A stretch of DNA of 64,000 bases, from contig CAVVMW010000021.1 of the NCBI GenBank assembly GCA_963749495.1, positions 256,001 through 320,000 on the forward strand, read 5' to 3'. Below are positions 59,890-64,000 of the stretch, in pieces; the first letter of the stretch is position 1, and every line of letters starts with the position of its first letter. The position numbers were made by a program, and so were the translations under genes. The notes below the pieces were generated by a model. That model ran no database searches. It was not told the DNA's origin and saw only the letters and a list, made by a program, of their open reading frames with translations. Source of the DNA: an uncultured bacterium (lineage in GTDB: Bacteria; Verrucomicrobiota; Verrucomicrobiia; Limisphaerales; UBA8199).

Positions 59890-60753
59890 TCAATGTTGGA
59901 TCTTCAATTCAGCAAGGGTCTTTCGCAGCCAGGCCAGGGACTGCTCAATCATCGGGCCGGCCTGGCCTTCGCACTCGATGCTGAGCATGCCCTCATAGGC
60001 GGCGTCCCGCAGCAGGGCCAGGCAGCGGCGGATGTTCTCCGCGTTGACGCCGCCGCCCAGGGGACAATGGCTGACGGCGATGCCGGTCTGGCCGCCCCGG
60101 ACCGCCTGGGCGAGCGATTCGGAGACATCTTTGACGTGGACGTGGCTGACCTTGTTCAGGAACCGGCCGAGGAAGGCCACCGGGTCGCGGCCGGCGATGA
60201 AGGTGTTGCCCGTGTCCATGTTCATCCGCAGGAACGGGCTGTCGCTGAAGGCCAGCATCTGGGCCATGAAATCCGGGTTGGTGGTGAAGTAACCGTGCGG
60301 TTCGATGTTCACCGTGACGCGATGCGCCTCGGCCACCTTGAGGATCTGCTGGTAGCTCTGCTTCATCAAGGCCAGTGATTCCGCATCGGTCAGCCCCTCG
60401 GGCCGGTGCAGCCCGTCGGTCGTGTCCACGCAGGGACAGCCGACCTGGGCGGCCCAGGCGATGGCCTTCATCACATAGGGCACACCGCGCAACGGCCCCT
60501 CCTCGCCCGAGAGGGGAAAGGCGGCGTCCACCTGTGAGAATTGCACGCCGTATCGGTCCATCTTGCGCCGGAGCAGGACCGGGTCTTCATACAACGCGAC
60601 GTGCGGTTGGTAGCCCAGGCCGTGAATCCAGCTCACCCCGTCGATGAGCCCGCACTCGATGTAATGGAGCCCGTTCTGGTGCGCCCAGGCCAGGCACTTG
60701 TCAAACGACCAATAGGCCGAGTTGAAGGCGTCGGTGTGAAAACCGATTCTCAT
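59890..60753 (-). CDS. Sugar phosphate isomerase/epimerase
   Basis: IEPHG, DTGN, HVHVKD, SIE. Confidence 0.9.
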   Translation of the reverse strand: MRIGFHTDAFNSAYWSFDKCLAWAHQNGLHYIECGLIDGVSWIHGLGYQPHVALYEDPVLLRRKMDRYGVQFSQVDAAFPLSGEEGPLRGVPYVMKAIAWAAQVGCPCVDTTDGLHRPEGLTDAESLALMKQSYQQILKVAEAHRVTVNIEPHGYFTTNPDFMAQMLAFSDSPFLRMNMDTGNTFIAGRDPVAFLGRFLNKVSHVHVKDVSESLAQAVRGGQTGIAVSHCPLGGGVNAENIRRCLALLRDAAYEGMLSIECEGQAGPMIEQSLAWLRKTLAELKIQH

Positions 60754-60772
60754 TCAAGGGTTCCTTTCCAGT

Positions 60773-61521
60773 TCACTGCTTGGTCGAGGAGTACCGGTCC
60801 CACCCCTCGGCACTGTGGTACACCCACCAGTCCTCTTCTTTGGGGTTTCCCTTGAAGCGGTAGGCGGAGTTGTCCGCGTGGACGACGTTCATCCCCCTGT
60901 CGTGGGGCATATACATGGCCTCGTGATAGGGGATCTCCCAGATGAGCACGGCGATGGAGGGCTGCATGACCTGCGTGCTCTTGCGGCCGCTGATGGGCGG
61001 GCCATAGACCGAGTTTGTCGGGTCCCAATACTCGTGGTTCCACACGTAGGAGACGCCGTTATTGGCGTAGTAAAAGTCGTTATCGAAGCCGTAATCCTGG
61101 CTCGTGGGAGGCACCTTGATTTTGATGCCCGAGGGGCAGGCGAACATGCCGCTCGAGGGGACGTACTTTACCGAGGTGAGGCCGTGGGTGCTGTTCCGGT
61201 TGGTGCCCAGGTAGGGCAGGAAGGCCTCCGGCATCCAGACGCGCGCCGGGTTGAGCATGTGGTCGTCGCCCCAGGCCTCGCCCCAGTTGTGCAGCCACGC
61301 AAAGCGGTCCGCGAAATCGTGCGAGTAGCTCGCCGAGGCGATGCCGATCTGCTTGAGGCTGTTCAGGCAATAGGTCTGGTTGGCCTTCTGTTTGGCCCTG
61401 GCCAGCGCCGGCAAGAGCATGGCGGCCAGGATCGCAATGATCGCGATCACCACCAGCAGCTCGATCAGCGTAAAACCCAACCCAATCAGGCCAGGGCCAC
61501 GCTCTCGAGGCGGCTGGTCAT
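60773..61521 (-). CDS. Prepilin-type N-terminal cleavage/methylation protein with H-X9-DG-like C-terminus (start uncertain)
   Basis: [54 protein letters not shown]. Confidence 0.88.
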
Positions 61522-61592
61522 GAGGAGCCTCGACAATGTTGACATCGTGCCCGGGGACCACGAACCGGAAGGGCGCCGTCCAACGCGAAGCG

Positions 61593-61671
61593 TTTTGGAC
61601 TGCGGCAGTCCTCTGCCGCTTTCGTACGCGCTGGGGTCGGAAAAGCGGCAGAGGACTGCCGCACTCCAAAA
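61593..61671. repeat. Palindromic repeat family A
   Basis: 79-bp palindrome. Confidence 0.9.
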
Positions 61672-61751
61672 CCTTCGGGCTTACGGTCGGTTCATGGAAA
61701 TCGTTCCGGCGCATACGAGTATCCTCCGTTGTTCATACTACGAGTAAGGCC

Positions 61752-63296
61752 TCATTTTTCGACCCACTCGATGATCGAGATGACGGCGTTGGAGCCTTTG
61801 CGCGCGTTGAGGGCGCGCACCGGGACCTTGCCGTCGGCGGTCTGTTCCGGACCGACGCGGCGCTCGATCCATTTGCCGTCCTGGAAGGCGGTGATGGGGC
61901 CGAACTCCTGTCCGGCGATGCTCACCTTTTCTGCTCGGCCGCCGTCGAAATTGTCCGGGTCGATAACGAAGACGCGCACCAGGCCGGCGGCGCCTTGGGG
62001 GACAGTGAGCTGGATGGCGGCCTCGTCGTCGCCGGCGAGCGCGTGATAGACCGGCAAGGGCCAACCGCTCCAGGCATAGCCCTTTTGGGTGGCGGCGCTG
62101 TAACCGGGCTCGGCATAGATGAGTTCCTTGGCTGGGCGGCCGCAAAGCAGGTGCAACTTGACGCCGCGCTCCCGGAGTTCGGCGCCCGTGGGCAGCTTCT
62201 CTTTGTCCGGCCAGAACGGCTCCTCGGGGGCGGGGGCGCGTTCGGCGGCCGAGGGCATCGGCGGCAGCGGCGCGTGCGGCTCGACCTGGTACCAATAGAC
62301 CGTGCTGGAGAACTGCAGCGTGCTGCCGGGCTTCGAGAAATCGCGCCGGAACATCGGGTCTTCATTGACGCCGAAACCGATGGCCACGCGCAGGGACCGC
62401 TCGAAATTGATGGCGTCCTGGGTGAAGAACCGGTAGGCGGCCGCACCCTTGAGAAACCGGAAATAGCCCGTCAGCGGAAAGATACTGTCGCTCTCTGGGA
62501 ATCCCCAACTGAACCCGAACGAGTCCTCCAGACCCTGGAACTCGACCGAGGCGGTTTCTTCGCCATCGATGTAGAACTTCTCGTTTTCGTCCACCGGGTA
62601 GCCGTCCCGGCCAGGGCTGCGGACGGTGACGTTCCAACCGACGAATTTGCCTTTGCCCGTGGCCTCCAGGGCGAGGTAATCCCGCTTGCCGAGCAGCAAC
62701 CCCTCCTGGCGCCAACTGGCGTGGAAATAGCCGGCGTCCTCCGGGATAGCGCCGGCGGCCCGGTAGGTGACATAGCTGTAGCAGGGCATGATCTTCCAGA
62801 GTTCGTCGCCTGGGGCGAGGGGCCCGTCATAGAGCAGTTCGATTTTGGCGGCGCGGCGGAAGGGCATGGGGAAATAGGCATTGAAACCGCGCCGCTTGTT
62901 GACCAGGGCGGTATTGACCTGCTCACGCAGGCCCGCCGGGTCGCAGAAGAAATCCACCAGCGGCACCTCCACGCTGGGCGAGGTCTCGCCGTCCCAGAAC
63001 ATGCGCAGGAGCACGTCCCGGTTCAGCTTGAGAGTCTGGGGCATGGCGAAGTGAATCATCGTGATGACCGCCGGGCCCTTGAGGTCGGCCACCACGACCT
63101 GCTTGGAGGAGTTGAACCGGGCGCTCAAGGCATTCTCGATCCAAAGCGCATTCTCCGCCTTGGTCCGCCCGGGCGTCAGCCGCGCCAGGTCCTCGATGCC
63201 AGGCGTCTGGCCCGCGGCACAAACGGCCCACGAGGCGATGAGCATTCCGGCCAGGCTCAAGTGAATGCCGCGCGGCGGGCCTCGATGTGCTCTCAT
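61752..63296 (-). CDS. DUF2961 (GH172-like) secreted protein with extra C-terminal domain
   Basis: LRMFWDGE..PSVEVPL.DFF, NAYFPMPF, YFHASWR, GLEDSFGFSWG, YWYQ. Confidence 0.88.
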   Translation of the reverse strand: MRAHRGPPRGIHLSLAGMLIASWAVCAAGQTPGIEDLARLTPGRTKAENALWIENALSARFNSSKQVVVADLKGPAVITMIHFAMPQTLKLNRDVLLRMFWDGETSPSVEVPLVDFFCDPAGLREQVNTALVNKRRGFNAYFPMPFRRAAKIELLYDGPLAPGDELWKIMPCYSYVTYRAAGAIPEDAGYFHASWRQEGLLLGKRDYLALEATGKGKFVGWNVTVRSPGRDGYPVDENEKFYIDGEETASVEFQGLEDSFGFSWGFPESDSIFPLTGYFRFLKGAAAYRFFTQDAINFERSLRVAIGFGVNEDPMFRRDFSKPGSTLQFSSTVYWYQVEPHAPLPPMPSAAERAPAPEEPFWPDKEKLPTGAELRERGVKLHLLCGRPAKELIYAEPGYSAATQKGYAWSGWPLPVYHALAGDDEAAIQLTVPQGAAGLVRVFVIDPDNFDGGRAEKVSIAGQEFGPITAFQDGKWIERRVGPEQTADGKVPVRALNARKGSNAVISIIEWVEK

Positions 63297-63430
63297 GAGC
63301 GGTATTCAACCCCACCGGCCGCCCGCTGGCAATCGCAAAAGTAACTGTTCAGGTTGCGCAGGCGCGGCTCAGCTTCGTCGGCCTTCGGCAAGACGGACAA
63401 ATGGAGCGCGGCCCCGGGAAGCCCGCAAGG

Positions 63431-63508
63431 TTTTGGACTGCGCCAGTCCTCTGGCGCTTTCGCGTCCCCAGGGTCCGAAAAGCGGCAGAGGACTGCCGCA
63501 GTCCAAAA
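63431..63508. repeat. Palindromic repeat family A (composite near-identical to 22540)
   Basis: 78-bp palindrome plus shared flanks. Confidence 0.9.
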
Positions 63509-63715
63509 CGCGTCGCGGCTTCGGACGCGCACTCCAATCGCCCCGTTCGGCCGGGCTCGAAAAAGGTGAGATGCCCCCAGGTCGCGCAGAGGAGCGCGGA
63601 CGAGGCGTCCGCGCTCCTATCCGGCGCCGCTTTTCATTGCGAACAATTGGTCGCGAAAAAGACGAATTGCTTTGATGTTTTTTTGCCTGCATGTTTTTCT
63701 CGTGAACTAGGTGTT

Positions 63716-64000
63716 ATGACATCGCGTGAACGAGTGTTGGCTGCCCTGAACCACCGGGAACCGGACTGCGTCCCGATCGACCTGTCGGGCCATCGTTCGT
63801 CGGGCATCGCGGCGATGGCTTATGCGCGGCTGCGGGATTACCTGGGCCTGCCCAAGCGGCCGATCCGCGTCTATGACCCCATCCAGCAACTGGCGATTGT
63901 GGACGAGGACCTGCTGGAGCGGTTCCAGGTGGATACGATCGAACTGGGGCGCGCCTTCGCGCGCGAGGACAAATACTGGGCCGAGTGGGTCCTGCCCGAC
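63716..64000 (+). CDS. Uroporphyrinogen decarboxylase / MtaA-CmuA methyltransferase family protein (partial)
   Basis: Manual translation MTSRERVLAALNHREPDCVPIDLSGHRSSGIAAMAYARLRDYLGL...; runs off the window. Confidence 0.8.
   Translation, partial: MTSRERVLAALNHREPDCVPIDLSGHRSSGIAAMAYARLRDYLGLPKRPIRVYDPIQQLAIVDEDLLERFQVDTIELGRAFAREDKYWAEWVLPD

Noticed and set aside
57355..60378. 1007-aa plus-strand ORF and other long antisense ORFs (25385-27529, 43300-45324, 47902-50121, 61536-63344)
   Set aside because: Shadow ORFs opposite well-supported genes in high-GC DNA, with no motifs.

Overview
High-GC bacterial window, most likely Verrucomicrobiota (inferred from a [25 protein letters not shown] prepilin-like gene, a small YERRK protein and the repeat types). 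The left edge (1-5974) carries the best candidate new system: a RiPP-like cluster, its first four genes joined by ATGA overlaps. It has an unannotated Cys-rich [D/H/N]-[T/S]-C repeat peptide (cut by the window edge), a degenerate radical SAM/SPASM protein keeping only AuxII-type cysteines, an intact radical SAM/SPASM enzyme and two GT4 glycosyltransferases. Next come tRNA-Arg(CCG), a mannose-type sugar locus and tRNA-Thr(TGT). The latter abuts a ~7.5 kb island with about 8 intact, orphan or broken toxin-antitoxin modules and an NHL-repeat gene. The remainder holds waaA, larBC, rph, prmA, a tyrosine recombinase + IS91-type element with 17-bp terminal inverted repeats, carbohydrate genes and a DeoR-linked E1/E2/MtlD-like/E3 complex. 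Intergenic DNA is dense in palindromic and microsatellite-based repeats, one of which lies in frame inside the E2 gene. About 15 frameshifts and a plus-strand-biased GA>AA (Asp>Asn) pattern suggest a noisy long-read consensus, so pseudogene and point-residue calls need care.
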